This document shows positions 30,181 to 39,895 of a stretch of DNA of 64,000 nucleotides, piece by piece; the stretch's first letter is position 1; each line of letters starts with the position of its first letter. Origin of the DNA: Candidatus Omnitrophota bacterium (GTDB lineage Bacteria > Omnitrophota > Gorgyraeia > Gygaellales > Profunditerraquicolaceae); contig JAQUOD010000001.1 of the NCBI GenBank assembly GCA_028717245.1, positions 309,324 to 373,323 of the forward strand, read 5' to 3'. The notes under the pieces were generated by a model. That model saw only the letters and a list, made by a program, of their open reading frames with translations. It did no database searches and was not told the origin of the DNA. The position numbers were made by a program, and so were the translations under genes.

Positions 30181-31458
30181 CTAATCACCATGTTTATTAA
30201 TTACCAGCCCCGATAATACCTTCGGATAGAAATAAGTAGATTTAGGCGGCATCTTCTGGCCGGTTAAGGCCACGGAAATTATCTGCTGGATTTTCACCGG
30301 GTTCAAAAAGAAGGCAATATATGTATTATCACTATCTACTCTATCAATCAATTCCTGTGCATGGGGACTATAGGCGATATTCTCCTGATCACCCGCGCCC
30401 ATCCCCATGGCCTTTTTAAAAATCAGGTGGTTTAATATAGAAACGTCCAATGACCTCACCGAGTGGGGTTTATCGCTGATTATCTTATCCAGGATCTTGA
30501 TATTCTTTAAACGCAGGAGCCAGTATTTCTTATCATAATACATACCCAAGGCATGTTCGCTCTGCCCGCCTTTTGCCAGAAGGAAGAAGAAACGCGTTCT
30601 ATCCTTAATCTCCTCCATCTCAAAGAAGTCTTTGATATTCTCTCTAAAATTTTCCATATCCAGCCTATGGTCTAATTTTATCAGGCGGTGGATAGGTAAT
30701 ATAGTAAGGCCGCCGGGGTTTGTATTGGTAAAATAAGCCAGGGTATAATCGAAATCCGCTTCCTGCGCGCTGCCACCTAACTTTTTCCTCATCTCGTCCC
30801 TGTAAATACAGGATACTTCATAACGGTGGTGGCCATCCGCGATAAAGATGCTTTCGTTTTGCATCTTGGATTTTATGCTATCCAAAATATCAGGAGAATC
30901 CAGCCTCCATAGCCTATGGTTGACTTTTTCTTTATCTACTATATCAATAAAAGGCTTCTCATCCTGAATATGTTGATTGATACCAGAGATAATACGTTTT
31001 TTATCGGAGAAAATCACAAATATGGGGCTTAGATTCGCCTTAACGCTTTTAAGCAATTTCAGCCTATCTTCCTTGGGTTCAAGGCGGGTATGTTCATGCC
31101 CGTATATAGCTGTTTTTTTATCCTCCAGGTACAAACGCGCGATAAACCCCAGGCGGGTCTTTTTCTCTCCCTTAATATTATACTGCTGGCTATAAAAATA
31201 TATTGCCGGCGACCTGTCTGGGTTGAGTATCTTATTCTTTTGCCACTCCTTAAAAAGATACGCCGCGCGCCGATACTTATCTTCACCGGGGATATCTTTA
31301 CCTAAAAGTATATGAATGAAGTTATGGGGATTAAGATCGTGATAGTATTGCTGTTGCGCAGGCGAGATGACATCATAGGGCGGGCAGACAACAGAAGAAA
31401 GGTCATTGGTCTCTCCCGGATTATAAATAAGCGCTCTAAAAGGCTCTATCTTTGCCAT
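30181..31458 (-). CDS. DUF1015 family protein
   Basis: MAKIEPFRALIYNPGE is a typical DUF1015 N-terminus; 425 aa. Confidence 0.7.
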   Translation of the reverse strand: MAKIEPFRALIYNPGETNDLSSVVCPPYDVISPAQQQYYHDLNPHNFIHILLGKDIPGEDKYRRAAYLFKEWQKNKILNPDRSPAIYFYSQQYNIKGEKKTRLGFIARLYLEDKKTAIYGHEHTRLEPKEDRLKLLKSVKANLSPIFVIFSDKKRIISGINQHIQDEKPFIDIVDKEKVNHRLWRLDSPDILDSIKSKMQNESIFIADGHHRYEVSCIYRDEMRKKLGGSAQEADFDYTLAYFTNTNPGGLTILPIHRLIKLDHRLDMENFRENIKDFFEMEEIKDRTRFFFLLAKGGQSEHALGMYYDKKYWLLRLKNIKILDKIISDKPHSVRSLDVSILNHLIFKKAMGMGAGDQENIAYSPHAQELIDRVDSDNTYIAFFLNPVKIQQIISVALTGQKMPPKSTYFYPKVLSGLVINKHGD

Positions 31459-31476
31459 AGTTTAGCTAGAGAGTTC

Positions 31477-31737
31477 TTATTTGTGCGGACAGGACTTACA
31501 ACCGTCTTTGGCTTGCGCGCAGGCCTTGCTCGGATTATGTCCGGAGGCAGGCGGATTTTTACGGTAATCCGTCGCATAAAATCCTTTACCCTTAAAGATT
31601 ACGCCCGAACCCGAACCTATAAGCCGCCTGATTTTTTGATTACATTTAGGGCATTTAGTTAATGCCGCTGCGGTCATTTTCTGGAAAAGCTCAAATTGGT
31701 GCCCGCAATGCGTACATTCGTATTCGTAGGTTGGCAC
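31477..31737 (-). CDS. FmdB-family zinc-ribbon protein
   Basis: YECTHCGHQFE...CPKCNQ dual CxxC; 86 aa. Confidence 0.75.
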   Translation of the reverse strand: MPTYEYECTHCGHQFELFQKMTAAALTKCPKCNQKIRRLIGSGSGVIFKGKGFYATDYRKNPPASGHNPSKACAQAKDGCKSCPHK

Positions 31738-31760
31738 TTGTTCATTCCTTTTTTATAATA

Positions 31761-31834
31761 AAGTATCAAGGTGTCAATGTGTCAGAGTATCAAAGTAAAA
31801 CTTTGACACTTTGATACCTTGACACTCTGATACA
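31761..31834. repeat. phased heptamer array: 4 x GTRTCAR then 4 x YTGAYAC (imperfect palindrome) between dnaJ stop and FmdB start
   Basis: GTATCAA 31763, GTGTCAA 31771, GTGTCAG 31780, GTATCAA 31787. TTGACAC 31802, TTGATAC 31811, TTGACAC 31819, CTGATAC 31827. Confidence 0.75.
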
Positions 31835-32998
31835 TTATTTAAATGCTTTCTTTATCCTATCGACAACGCCTTCCCTGTTTATGTCTTCACCCGACGATCT
31901 GGCAAAATCTTCTATGAGCCGGCGTTGCTCTAAAGTTAAACGCGTAGGGATTTCAACCGTTACTCTAACCAGTTCATCGCCTATATCCCTGCTATGTACA
32001 TCGGGTATGCCTTTCTCCCTAAGCCGGAAAATTTTTCCGCTTTGCGTGCCAGGGGGTATCTTCATTTCAACATGGCCATTGAGCGTAGGAACCTCTATCT
32101 CAGAGCCTAATATCGCTTTCGTTAAGCTGATAGTTACTCCAGTTAATATATCATTATTGTGCCTTTGAAAAACCGGATGCGGCCTTACCTCAATAACTAC
32201 ATATAAATCGCCTCTGCCGGCAGTGCCGGATTCTCCCTCTCCCCGTATCCTCAAATGCGAATCCGTATCTACTCCGGCGGGGATCTTCACTTTAATCTTA
32301 CGCGTTACCTTAGTCCTGCCTTGCCCGCGGCATTGCGGGCAGGGCGCTTGTATAATCGAACCTTCTCCGCCGCAGCGCGAACAGGCCTGGGCCAGCTGAA
32401 AAAAACCGTTAGAGACTACTGTACGGCCCGAACCTTTACACTGAGAACAGGTAACCTTTTTAGTGCCCGGTTTTGCTCCGCTGCCCGCGCATACCTGACA
32501 TGTTTCATAGCGGGGCACATTAATAGTCTTTTCCGTACCGCTGGCTGCTTCTTCCAAAGTTATATTCAATGCAATCTCTAAATCTCTCCCGCGGCGCGCA
32601 GCACGTCCTGTGCCCTGACGGCCCCTGCCGCCGAAAATATCATAGCCTAAATCGCTGAATATTTCGTCAAATAACCCGCCTCCTACGCCAAAGTCTCCCA
32701 GGTCCTGGAATACGCTGTTAAAATCTGCCCCCTTAAAAATATCTTCATAGGCATATTTCTGATCTATCCCGGAATGGCCATACTGGTCATAAAGGGCCCG
32801 CTTTTGAGAATCAGAAAGTACCGCATAAGCTTCGGAAATTTCTTTGAACTTCTCTTCTGCTTCTTTTTTTTGCTCGTGAGGCACCCTGTCCGGATGATAA
32901 CGCAGGGCCATCTCCCGATAGGCCTTCTTTATTTCATCCAGACTGGCACTCTTTTTGACTCCCAGGATTTCGTAATAATCACGTTTTGTAGTCGGCAT
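31835..32998 (-). CDS. dnaJ: molecular chaperone DnaJ
   Basis: J-domain HPD, G/F region, four CxxCxGxG zinc repeats. Confidence 0.95.
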   Translation of the reverse strand: MPTTKRDYYEILGVKKSASLDEIKKAYREMALRYHPDRVPHEQKKEAEEKFKEISEAYAVLSDSQKRALYDQYGHSGIDQKYAYEDIFKGADFNSVFQDLGDFGVGGGLFDEIFSDLGYDIFGGRGRQGTGRAARRGRDLEIALNITLEEAASGTEKTINVPRYETCQVCAGSGAKPGTKKVTCSQCKGSGRTVVSNGFFQLAQACSRCGGEGSIIQAPCPQCRGQGRTKVTRKIKVKIPAGVDTDSHLRIRGEGESGTAGRGDLYVVIEVRPHPVFQRHNNDILTGVTISLTKAILGSEIEVPTLNGHVEMKIPPGTQSGKIFRLREKGIPDVHSRDIGDELVRVTVEIPTRLTLEQRRLIEDFARSSGEDINREGVVDRIKKAFK

Positions 32999-33007
32999 TC
33001 TTAGTTT

Positions 33008-33046
33008 TAAGCTGTAAGCTTTAAGCTTACGGCTTACTGCTTAAGA
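33008..33046. repeat. GTAAG-family heptamer tandem repeat / hairpin in the dnaK-dnaJ intergenic region
   Basis: AGCTGTAAGCTTTAAGCTTACGGCTTACTGCTTAAGACTTACC. Contains a 9-bp stem GCTGTAAGC/GCTTACGGC with loop TTTAA. Confidence 0.7.
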
Positions 33047-34960
33047 CTTACCACTTTTATCATCTTCTTCCTTAAAATCCGCGTCTATAATATCTTCGTC
33101 TTTTCCGCCGGAGGCGGATCCGCCTTCGGCGGACTTCTTATCCTCTGGCTCTTCAGTTTGCTCCTGGCCTCTTGCACCTTGCGCCTGGCCCTGTTGCTGC
33201 TGTTTCTGCGCTGCCTGCTTATATATTTCTTCTGCTAATTTATGCGAGGCCTTGGTTAAATCCTCTGAGCCCCTTTTGATCCTATCAACGTTCTTATCTT
33301 TTATAGCTGCCTTAAGGTCATTGAGCTTTGCTTCTATATCTAAGCGCTCTGCCTGGGAGACTTTATCGCCGAATTCTTTCAGGGATTTCTCCGTAGCGTA
33401 AACAAGATTGTCTGCCTGGTTAATGACTTCTACTTCTTCTTTCTTCTTTGTGTCTTCGGCGGCAAACTTTTCCGCATCCCTGACCATCTTATCGATTTCT
33501 TCTTTAGAGAGCTTCTTGGGTGCGGTAATGCGTATGGATTGTTCTTTGCCTGTGCCTAAATCCTTGGCAGAAACGTGCACAATCCCGTCACGGTCAATAT
33601 CAAATTTTACCTCTATCTGCGGAACGCCGCGCGGAGCCGCGGGAATACCTACCAGGTCAAACCTGCCCAATTCCACGTTATCATCGGCCATCTGGCGTTC
33701 GCCCTGAAGCACGCGGATAGTCACCGCCGTCTGATTATCGGCAGCTGTGGAAAATATCTGGCTCTTTTGCGTAGGGATAGATGCGTTTCTTTCAATCAAT
33801 TTTGTATCTACTCCGCCTAAGGTTTCAATACCGAGGGATAGCGGGGTAACATCCAAAAGCAATACATCTTTAACATCCCCCTTTATAATCGCTGCCTGTA
33901 TTGCAGCGCCTAAGGCAACGCACTCCATGGGGTCGACTCCGCGCTCTATTTTCTTGCCGACATAATCCTCGACAAATTTCTGCACGATAGGCATACGCGT
34001 AGGCCCGCCGACCATGATAATCCTGTCTATATCTTTGGGCGTCAATTTGGCATCGCTGATTGCCTGCTCCATGGGGTGGCGGCACCGGTCAATTATAGGC
34101 GAAATCAAATCCTCTAATTTTGCGCGGGTGATGGTCATGGTTAAATGCTTAGGGCCGGTGGCGTCTGCCGTGATAAAAGGTAAATTGATATCCGTGCTTA
34201 CCGTAGAGGATAATTCTATCTTGGCCTTCTCCGCTGCCTCGCGTAACCTCTGCACAGCCATCTTGTCATTCATCAGGTCTATCCCGGTTTCGCGTTTAAA
34301 TTGCCCGGCAATATGTTCAAGTAATACCTTATCCATATCTGTGCCGCCTAATTGCGTATCGCCTGATGTTGACTGCACATGGAATACGCCTTGAGCCATT
34401 TCCATTATAGTGACATCCAGGGTTCCGCCGCCTAAATCAAAGACCATGATCTTCTGCTCTTTCTGCGCTTTTTCAAGGCCATAAGCCAGGCAGGCTGCGG
34501 TCGGTTCGTTTATAATCCTTAATACTCTTAAACCCGCTATTTCACCGGCATCCTTAGTAGCTGTCCTCTGGTTATCATCAAAATATGCGGGGCAGGTAAT
34601 TACCACTTCCTCAACTTTATCTCCGAGATACGCCTCCGCATCCTGCTTTATCTTTTGCAGGATAAAAGCGGAGATCTGTTGCGGCGTATATTCCTTGCCG
34701 AAAACTTTAAACTTAAAGTCAGTACCCATCTTACGTTTAGCAGCTTGTATAGTACCTTCTGCGTTAATTGCTGCCTGGCGCCTAGCCGGCTCGCCGACTA
34801 AACGCTGGCCGTCTTTGGTAAAAGCAACGTAAGAAGGGAATGCCTTGCCTGATGCCACGCCCGCGCCTTCGGCAGACGGGATTATTACGGGCCTGCCGCC
34901 TTCCATCACTGCTGCTGCCGAGTTAGATGTCCCTAAGTCAATACCTATCACTTTAGCCAT
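33041..34960 (-). CDS. dnaK: molecular chaperone DnaK
   Basis: [16 protein letters not shown] and VGGPTRMP Hsp70 signatures. Confidence 0.97.
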   Translation of the reverse strand: MAKVIGIDLGTSNSAAAVMEGGRPVIIPSAEGAGVASGKAFPSYVAFTKDGQRLVGEPARRQAAINAEGTIQAAKRKMGTDFKFKVFGKEYTPQQISAFILQKIKQDAEAYLGDKVEEVVITCPAYFDDNQRTATKDAGEIAGLRVLRIINEPTAACLAYGLEKAQKEQKIMVFDLGGGTLDVTIMEMAQGVFHVQSTSGDTQLGGTDMDKVLLEHIAGQFKRETGIDLMNDKMAVQRLREAAEKAKIELSSTVSTDINLPFITADATGPKHLTMTITRAKLEDLISPIIDRCRHPMEQAISDAKLTPKDIDRIIMVGGPTRMPIVQKFVEDYVGKKIERGVDPMECVALGAAIQAAIIKGDVKDVLLLDVTPLSLGIETLGGVDTKLIERNASIPTQKSQIFSTAADNQTAVTIRVLQGERQMADDNVELGRFDLVGIPAAPRGVPQIEVKFDIDRDGIVHVSAKDLGTGKEQSIRITAPKKLSKEEIDKMVRDAEKFAAEDTKKKEEVEVINQADNLVYATEKSLKEFGDKVSQAERLDIEAKLNDLKAAIKDKNVDRIKRGSEDLTKASHKLAEEIYKQAAQKQQQQGQAQGARGQEQTEEPEDKKSAEGGSASGGKDEDIIDADFKEEDDKSGKS

Positions 34961-34987
34961 ATTGCACCTCCGTAAATTTTAAATTAT

Positions 34988-35080
34988 CCAATTGCTAAAT
35001 CCCAATTAATTTCCAATTATTCAATTACCAATTGTAGAATTGGGCATTGGTAATTTATTGGACATTGGAAATTGGGAATT
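34988..35080. repeat. CCAATT/AATTGG palindromic element, copy 1, in the dnaK leader
   Basis: 4-5 x CCAATT, then 5 x ATTGG inverted. About 93 percent identical over about 95 nt to the copy at 51105-51210. Confidence 0.85.
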
Positions 35081-35087
35081 ATAAAAT

Positions 35088-35639
35088 TTATTTCTGTTTA
35101 CTAACCTTCACTTTCGCCGTCCTGATAATCCGGTCATTCAATAAATAACCTTTTTGTAATTCCTCTATAACGGTGTGCTCCGGCACATCAATGTCTTCTG
35201 CCTGCATCAGCGCTTCGTGGTAATGCGGGTCAAATAACTTACCCTCTGCCTCGATGGGTTTAACCCCGTATTCTTTCAGCATTTCGTAAAGATGCGCCAG
35301 GATCATTTCTACGCCTTTTAAAAAAACCGGCAGGTCCTGGTGTTTAGACTGGGCTAATTCCACAGTGCGCTCTAAATCATCCAGTATATTTAATAATTCT
35401 AGAATAATGCCTTCGTTAGCAAATTTTACAAAATCCTGCTTTTCCTTCTCTAAACGCTTACGCGTATTATCAAAATCAGCCTGCAGCCGCAGCAACCTGT
35501 CCCAGTATTCCTTAGCTTTTTCTGCCTCTTCCTTTAACTTCAGGTATTCGGATTCTGGCAAAGAAACGGTCTTTTCTTCTTTTGCGGGCGCTTCGGTGTG
35601 CTTTTTATCCTCTTGCTGATTTTGTTTCTGGGGCTGCAT
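35088..35639 (-). CDS. grpE: nucleotide exchange factor GrpE (start placed at internal ATG with SD)
   Basis: The ORF track extends to 35798, but AAGGATGACGATG gives an SD plus ATG at 35639. GrpE coiled-coil and beta domain follow. Confidence 0.85.
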   Translation of the reverse strand: MQPQKQNQQEDKKHTEAPAKEEKTVSLPESEYLKLKEEAEKAKEYWDRLLRLQADFDNTRKRLEKEKQDFVKFANEGIILELLNILDDLERTVELAQSKHQDLPVFLKGVEMILAHLYEMLKEYGVKPIEAEGKLFDPHYHEALMQAEDIDVPEHTVIEELQKGYLLNDRIIRTAKVKVSKQK

Positions 35640-35647
35640 CGTCATCC

Positions 35648-36385
35648 TTAAATGCTGTCGATAACCTCTGTTAAAACATCCGATATGTAACCTAATGCGG
35701 GAATAGCGTGTTCGTATTCCATGCGCATCGGCCCTAAAACCGCAAGCCTGCCTGCGCTTTTGTCCTTTAGACGGTAAGTAGAAACGACCAGGGAACAACC
35801 GTTCATTTCAGGGCACTCTAATTCTTCGCCGATATAGACCTTTACCTTATCATTAAAGTCACGGTTGATAATATCCAGTAAGTACTGCCTGTCTTCGATA
35901 GTCTTGATTAAAAGGCGTATCCTCCGGGAATCCTGAAATTCCGGCTGTTTTAAAACAAGGCTTATGCCTTTATAAAAAAACTTATCCTGCCACTCTGGGA
36001 AATAAGCTATCCCCGTATAATGCGTGATTTCAGATATAATCTGTGAAGTCTTATCCAGGATATCCTCTAACCGGTTTATTTTTTTCTTATATTCCCTGCT
36101 AATATGTTCTTTTTCTTCTGCCACAAGCTCTATTTGCGAAAGCAGAAAATCTACATAGTAACGGTACCCCTTAACCGTAGGTATCCTTCCTCCGGAAGTA
36201 TAAAGGTGCGTAAGGTAATTTGCCTCCTCCAGCTCAGCTAATATACTTCTTATAGTAGCCGGGCTTAAGTCAAAATCCCTGGCAATATCCTCCGAGGCTA
36301 CCGGTTCTGCGTCCTGGATATACTTATTAATAGTTGCGGCAAGAATCGCCCTTCTTCTAGACTCGTAATCAACTGTCTTAACCAT
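35648..36385 (-). CDS. hrcA: heat-inducible transcription repressor HrcA
   Basis: N-terminal wHTH RRRAILAATINKYIQDAEPVAS...SPATIRSILAELE. CIRCE operators lie upstream. Confidence 0.88.
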   Translation of the reverse strand: MVKTVDYESRRRAILAATINKYIQDAEPVASEDIARDFDLSPATIRSILAELEEANYLTHLYTSGGRIPTVKGYRYYVDFLLSQIELVAEEKEHISREYKKKINRLEDILDKTSQIISEITHYTGIAYFPEWQDKFFYKGISLVLKQPEFQDSRRIRLLIKTIEDRQYLLDIINRDFNDKVKVYIGEELECPEMNGCSLVVSTYRLKDKSAGRLAVLGPMRMEYEHAIPALGYISDVLTEVIDSI

Positions 36386-36400
36386 AGATCACCCCACCTT

Positions 36401-36427
36401 TTAGCGCTTCCACCATAAGAATGCTAA
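36401..36427. promoter_or_regulatory. CIRCE operator 2 (TTAGCGCTT-N9-GAATGCTAA), immediately downstream of the hrcA promoter -10
   Basis: Matches the CIRCE consensus TTAGCACTC-N9-GAGTGCTAA at 14/18 arm positions. Promoter TTGACA (36456-36461) -16- TAGAAT (36434-36439) on the minus strand. Confidence 0.8.
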
Positions 36428-36492
36428 AAGTTAATTCTAACATAATTTTCCGCTTTGTCAATCCAGCTCTTTATCGAGATATACTATATAAT

Positions 36493-36519
36493 TTAGCGCC
36501 CTCAACCATAGAGTGCTAA
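36493..36519. promoter_or_regulatory. CIRCE operator 1 (TTAGCGCCC-N9-GAGTGCTAA)
   Basis: 15/18 arm matches to the CIRCE consensus. Located upstream of the -35 element. Confidence 0.8.
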
Positions 36520-36536
36520 TGACAATTTAAAAAAAA

Positions 36537-36800
36537 TTATTCCTCTGTTTCTTTTTCTAGGATTATCCTTATACCATGAATATTCACGCGTTTTTCTTCC
36601 ATGAGATAATGCACATACTCTAATTTCTTTACATCCTTTAAAGAATAAAGCCGGTTCTTTTTACCTATTCTCTTGGGGCAAACCAGCCCTGCCTTATCCA
36701 GCTGGCGTAAAGTCCACGCCGGCAGGTCCACTAATTTGCTGACCACGCTGATTACATAAACAGGCTCATCAGGACTAATACGGATATCAAATAAAGGCAT
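36537..36800 (-). CDS. MerR-family regulator, HspR-like
   Basis: 87 aa. VYVISVVSKLVDLPAWTLRQLDKAGLV...YSLKDVKKLEYVHYLMEEKRVNIHGIRIILE aligns by eye with HspR/MerR HTH plus the conserved GV(N)LAG(I/V)(R/K)(I/R)(I/V)LEL region. Confidence 0.65.
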   Translation of the reverse strand: MPLFDIRISPDEPVYVISVVSKLVDLPAWTLRQLDKAGLVCPKRIGKKNRLYSLKDVKKLEYVHYLMEEKRVNIHGIRIILEKETEE

Positions 36801-36887
36801 TCTTCTCTCCCTTTGCTTCTTTGATTATTATGTATAACATAAAATAATAATTTTGTCAAGGAAAATTAATAAAATTTATTAGATATT

Positions 36888-38147
36888 CTAATTGATTTTC
36901 TCTATTTCTTTGTTATGCAATAACTTATGTGCTATAATTATAGGTAGATTTACTCTAATTTTTATACCTTTTTGCAGATATTTTACCTCTTCTACTTTAC
37001 CCTCCCGATAACAAAAATCTATCAGATCCATGCGGGAATGCGGGATATTTAATTCCAGGTAAGTCATCCTATCCGAAAAATTATCCTCTATCTTTTTTAA
37101 TAATAAACTTAGGTTTTCTCCGGACCGCGCAGAAATAGCTATAGAATTAGGGAAATCTGCCTTCTGTTTCTCTAACCAACTCTTATCTTCTAATAAATCA
37201 ACTTTATTTAAAGCAGTGATTATGGGCTTGTCCTCTGCCCCTAATTCTTTCAATACGCCAAACACAGCCTGATTGTGTTGATATGCGCGCGGGTGGCTTA
37301 TATCTAAAACATGGATTAATAAATCTGCTTCTGTGGCTTCTTCTAACGTAGCCTTAAATGCCTCGATGAGATGATGAGGAAGGTCGTGCAAAAATCCTAC
37401 GGTGTCTGAGATGATCACCTGTTCTGCGTTAGGTAATTTCAGGCTCTTTGAGAGAGGGTCTAAAGTAGTAAACAAACTATCGGCTACCACTTGTCCGGCA
37501 GATGTCAACGCATTAAGCAGCGTCGATTTACCGGCATTGGTATAACCTATTAAAGCCACGCTGGGTATAGCTTTATCTTTTCTTTTTTTACGCAGAGTCA
37601 GGCGGTGCTGGGTAAGATACCTTAAATCAGCCTTAAGGTTATCAATCTTTTTTCTGATACGCCTGCGGTCTGTCTCAAGCTTCTGTTCTCCCGGGCCGCT
37701 TGTACCGATACCGCCTCCTAAACGCGAAAGGATTATCCCCTTACCTATTAACCTGGGCATAATATACTGTAACTGCGCCAGCTCTACCTGCATCTTCCCT
37801 TGCGGGCTCTTAGCGTGCTGGGCAAAGATATCCAGGATCAACTGCGTGCGGTCAATGGTCTTTTTATTGATGACCTCTTCTAAATTCCGCTGCTGCGTTC
37901 CGGATAAATCATGGCTGAAAATTACCGTATCTACGCCTTCCTCATCGGCTAACAAAGCTATCTCTTCTGTTTTTCCTTTACCGATAAAAAAATTAGGCGT
38001 GGGTTTATCGCAGACGCAGGTAATATTATCCACTGCTTCTACGCCGCAGGTTTGAGCCAGCTCTTCTAGCTCCTCAGCCGTATCTTCCATCCGCCAGCTG
38101 TCCTTCTCTGACCTCAATTTTATCGTGACTAACAGCGCCCGTTCCAT
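36888..38147 (-). CDS. hflX: GTPase HflX
   Basis: HflX N-domain plus G-domain GYTNAGKSTLLNAL, DTVGF. Confidence 0.9.
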   Translation of the reverse strand: MERALLVTIKLRSEKDSWRMEDTAEELEELAQTCGVEAVDNITCVCDKPTPNFFIGKGKTEEIALLADEEGVDTVIFSHDLSGTQQRNLEEVINKKTIDRTQLILDIFAQHAKSPQGKMQVELAQLQYIMPRLIGKGIILSRLGGGIGTSGPGEQKLETDRRRIRKKIDNLKADLRYLTQHRLTLRKKRKDKAIPSVALIGYTNAGKSTLLNALTSAGQVVADSLFTTLDPLSKSLKLPNAEQVIISDTVGFLHDLPHHLIEAFKATLEEATEADLLIHVLDISHPRAYQHNQAVFGVLKELGAEDKPIITALNKVDLLEDKSWLEKQKADFPNSIAISARSGENLSLLLKKIEDNFSDRMTYLELNIPHSRMDLIDFCYREGKVEEVKYLQKGIKIRVNLPIIIAHKLLHNKEIEKIN

Positions 38148-38171
38148 AATTATTCCTCTATAACTATAACA

Positions 38172-39086
38172 TTAAAACATTCTAACAATTCTATTAACTA
38201 TATGTTGTGGCTTTTGTTTTTCGCTAATTTCAATCCACTGAATACGTTTATCCTTCCTGAACCAGGTAAGTTGCCTCTTGGCGTAATTACGGGTATTTTT
38301 TTTGAGTAAACGTTTTGCTTCTTCTAAATCATATAAACCATCCAAATAACCCTTTATCTCCCTTATGCCTAAGGCGTACCCGGCGGTCCTGCTTAGTTTT
38401 AATTTAAGCAGCTTCTTTGCCTCGGAAACCGCGCCTTGAATAAACATCTTATCTACACGCCCATCTATTCTACGATAAAGTTTATCGCGCTCCATATTCA
38501 GGCAAAAAATCTTTACATCATATTCATCCTTTAAGCCCTGCCTCTGTCTTTGTAAAGAAGATATGGGCTTACCCGTGGCTGCATAGACTTCCAGTGCACG
38601 TATGATGCGTTTAGTATCATGGGGATGTATTTTTAGCGCTGCGTCAGGGTCTATGCCTTTGAGTTTACTATATAAATATCCGCTCCCCTTTGTTTCTGCT
38701 TCTTTATAAAAACGGCTGCGCCTAACTTTGCAAATGGGCCTGCTTTTAAATATACCGTCAATGAGTATGGACATATAAAGGCCGGTCCCGCCTACAATAA
38801 GCGGAATCTTACCGCGCCCTATAATCTCTTTAACCTTTGCTGCTACGTCTTTATAGTATCTGGAGACATTATATTCTTTATCCGCGGAAACCATGTTTAT
38901 TAAATGGTGGGGAATGGCTTTTCTTAATGCCGCAGGCGGCTTAGAAGTAAGGATATCCGCGCCCCTATAAACCTGCATGGAATCGCAGGAGATGATTTCT
39001 GCTTTGATTTTTTTCGCTAACGCCAGCGCAATATCGGTTTTACCTATGGCGGTGGGGCCGACCAGGAATACTATTTTTGGCTTCAT
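38172..39086 (-). CDS. miaA: tRNA dimethylallyltransferase
   Basis: GPTAIGKT P-loop; MiaA core. Confidence 0.9.
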   Translation of the reverse strand: MKPKIVFLVGPTAIGKTDIALALAKKIKAEIISCDSMQVYRGADILTSKPPAALRKAIPHHLINMVSADKEYNVSRYYKDVAAKVKEIIGRGKIPLIVGGTGLYMSILIDGIFKSRPICKVRRSRFYKEAETKGSGYLYSKLKGIDPDAALKIHPHDTKRIIRALEVYAATGKPISSLQRQRQGLKDEYDVKIFCLNMERDKLYRRIDGRVDKMFIQGAVSEAKKLLKLKLSRTAGYALGIREIKGYLDGLYDLEEAKRLLKKNTRNYAKRQLTWFRKDKRIQWIEISEKQKPQHIVNRIVRMF

Positions 39087-39094
39087 AAAAAGCT

Positions 39095-39895
39095 TTAAGG
39101 AATGATCTTTGTGGGATAACCTTCGCCTGAAAGTCGATTTTCTAATTGCGTTGCTTCCGAGCGTAACTTTAATCTTCCGACCTTAACCCGGTAGACCCTG
39201 GCATCATTCATCTGGGCCTCTTCGGTATAGGCATCGTATCCTCTCTTGATTAATTTATCGCGTAGATTCCCGGCATTTGAGGCCTTTGCAAACGAGCCTA
39301 CCTGTACGGTATAGTATATATCCGTAAGAGAATACAGTTCCTTATCTAATTTTACTTCAAGGCTGGAAGGAAAATTTTTCTTTAGTTTGTCCAGGTATTC
39401 TTTTGCCTGCTGGGTATCCCCTGTCTTGAATCCGATCTGGCTGAGCCGGTAATAAAGCGAAGCGGTAAATCTTGTGCGGGGGTCAACATTTAAGAGTTCT
39501 TTGTAGTAATCTTGCGCCTTAACGTATTCGCCTCTTAGGAAATAAGTGTCGCCTAACCCTACCTGCGCGCCTTCCGTAAAAGGGCTATTTTTGAATTCTT
39601 TAAGTAATATTTCAAATATATCCGAAGCACGCAGATAATTACCGTCCTTAAGATAACTTAAGGCCAGTATATAATACAGCTCTTCCAGGCCAGAATGGCT
39701 GCCGCTATAATTAGCTAAGGCCTTTTCGCCTGCTGATATAGCGGACTTGTAATCGCCGTTTAAAAAGGAAACCTTAACCTTATCAATATCTAAGGCATAA
39801 GCACTGTTACAAATCACAATACACAATACACAAATTATAAATAATACCCATTTCCGTAAGCTGTAAGTGGTAAGCTGTAAGCCGTAATTTAACAT
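39095..39895 (-). CDS. TPR-repeat protein with C-terminal SPOR (peptidoglycan-binding) domain
   Basis: TPR motifs. C-terminal YTVQVGSF...YRVKVGRL matches SPOR. The N-terminus is encoded by a GTAAG heptamer repeat. Confidence 0.7.
   Translation of the reverse strand: MLNYGLQLTTYSLRKWVLFIICVLCIVICNSAYALDIDKVKVSFLNGDYKSAISAGEKALANYSGSHSGLEELYYILALSYLKDGNYLRASDIFEILLKEFKNSPFTEGAQVGLGDTYFLRGEYVKAQDYYKELLNVDPRTRFTASLYYRLSQIGFKTGDTQQAKEYLDKLKKNFPSSLEVKLDKELYSLTDIYYTVQVGSFAKASNAGNLRDKLIKRGYDAYTEEAQMNDARVYRVKVGRLKLRSEATQLENRLSGEGYPTKIIP

Noticed and set aside
34961-35090. Canonical HspR operator (HAIR, CTTGAGT-N7-ACTCAAG) upstream of dnaK
   Set aside because: Not present. The dnaK leader carries the CCAATT element instead, and the only TTGAGT-like motifs (10343-10420) have N13 rather than N7 spacing.
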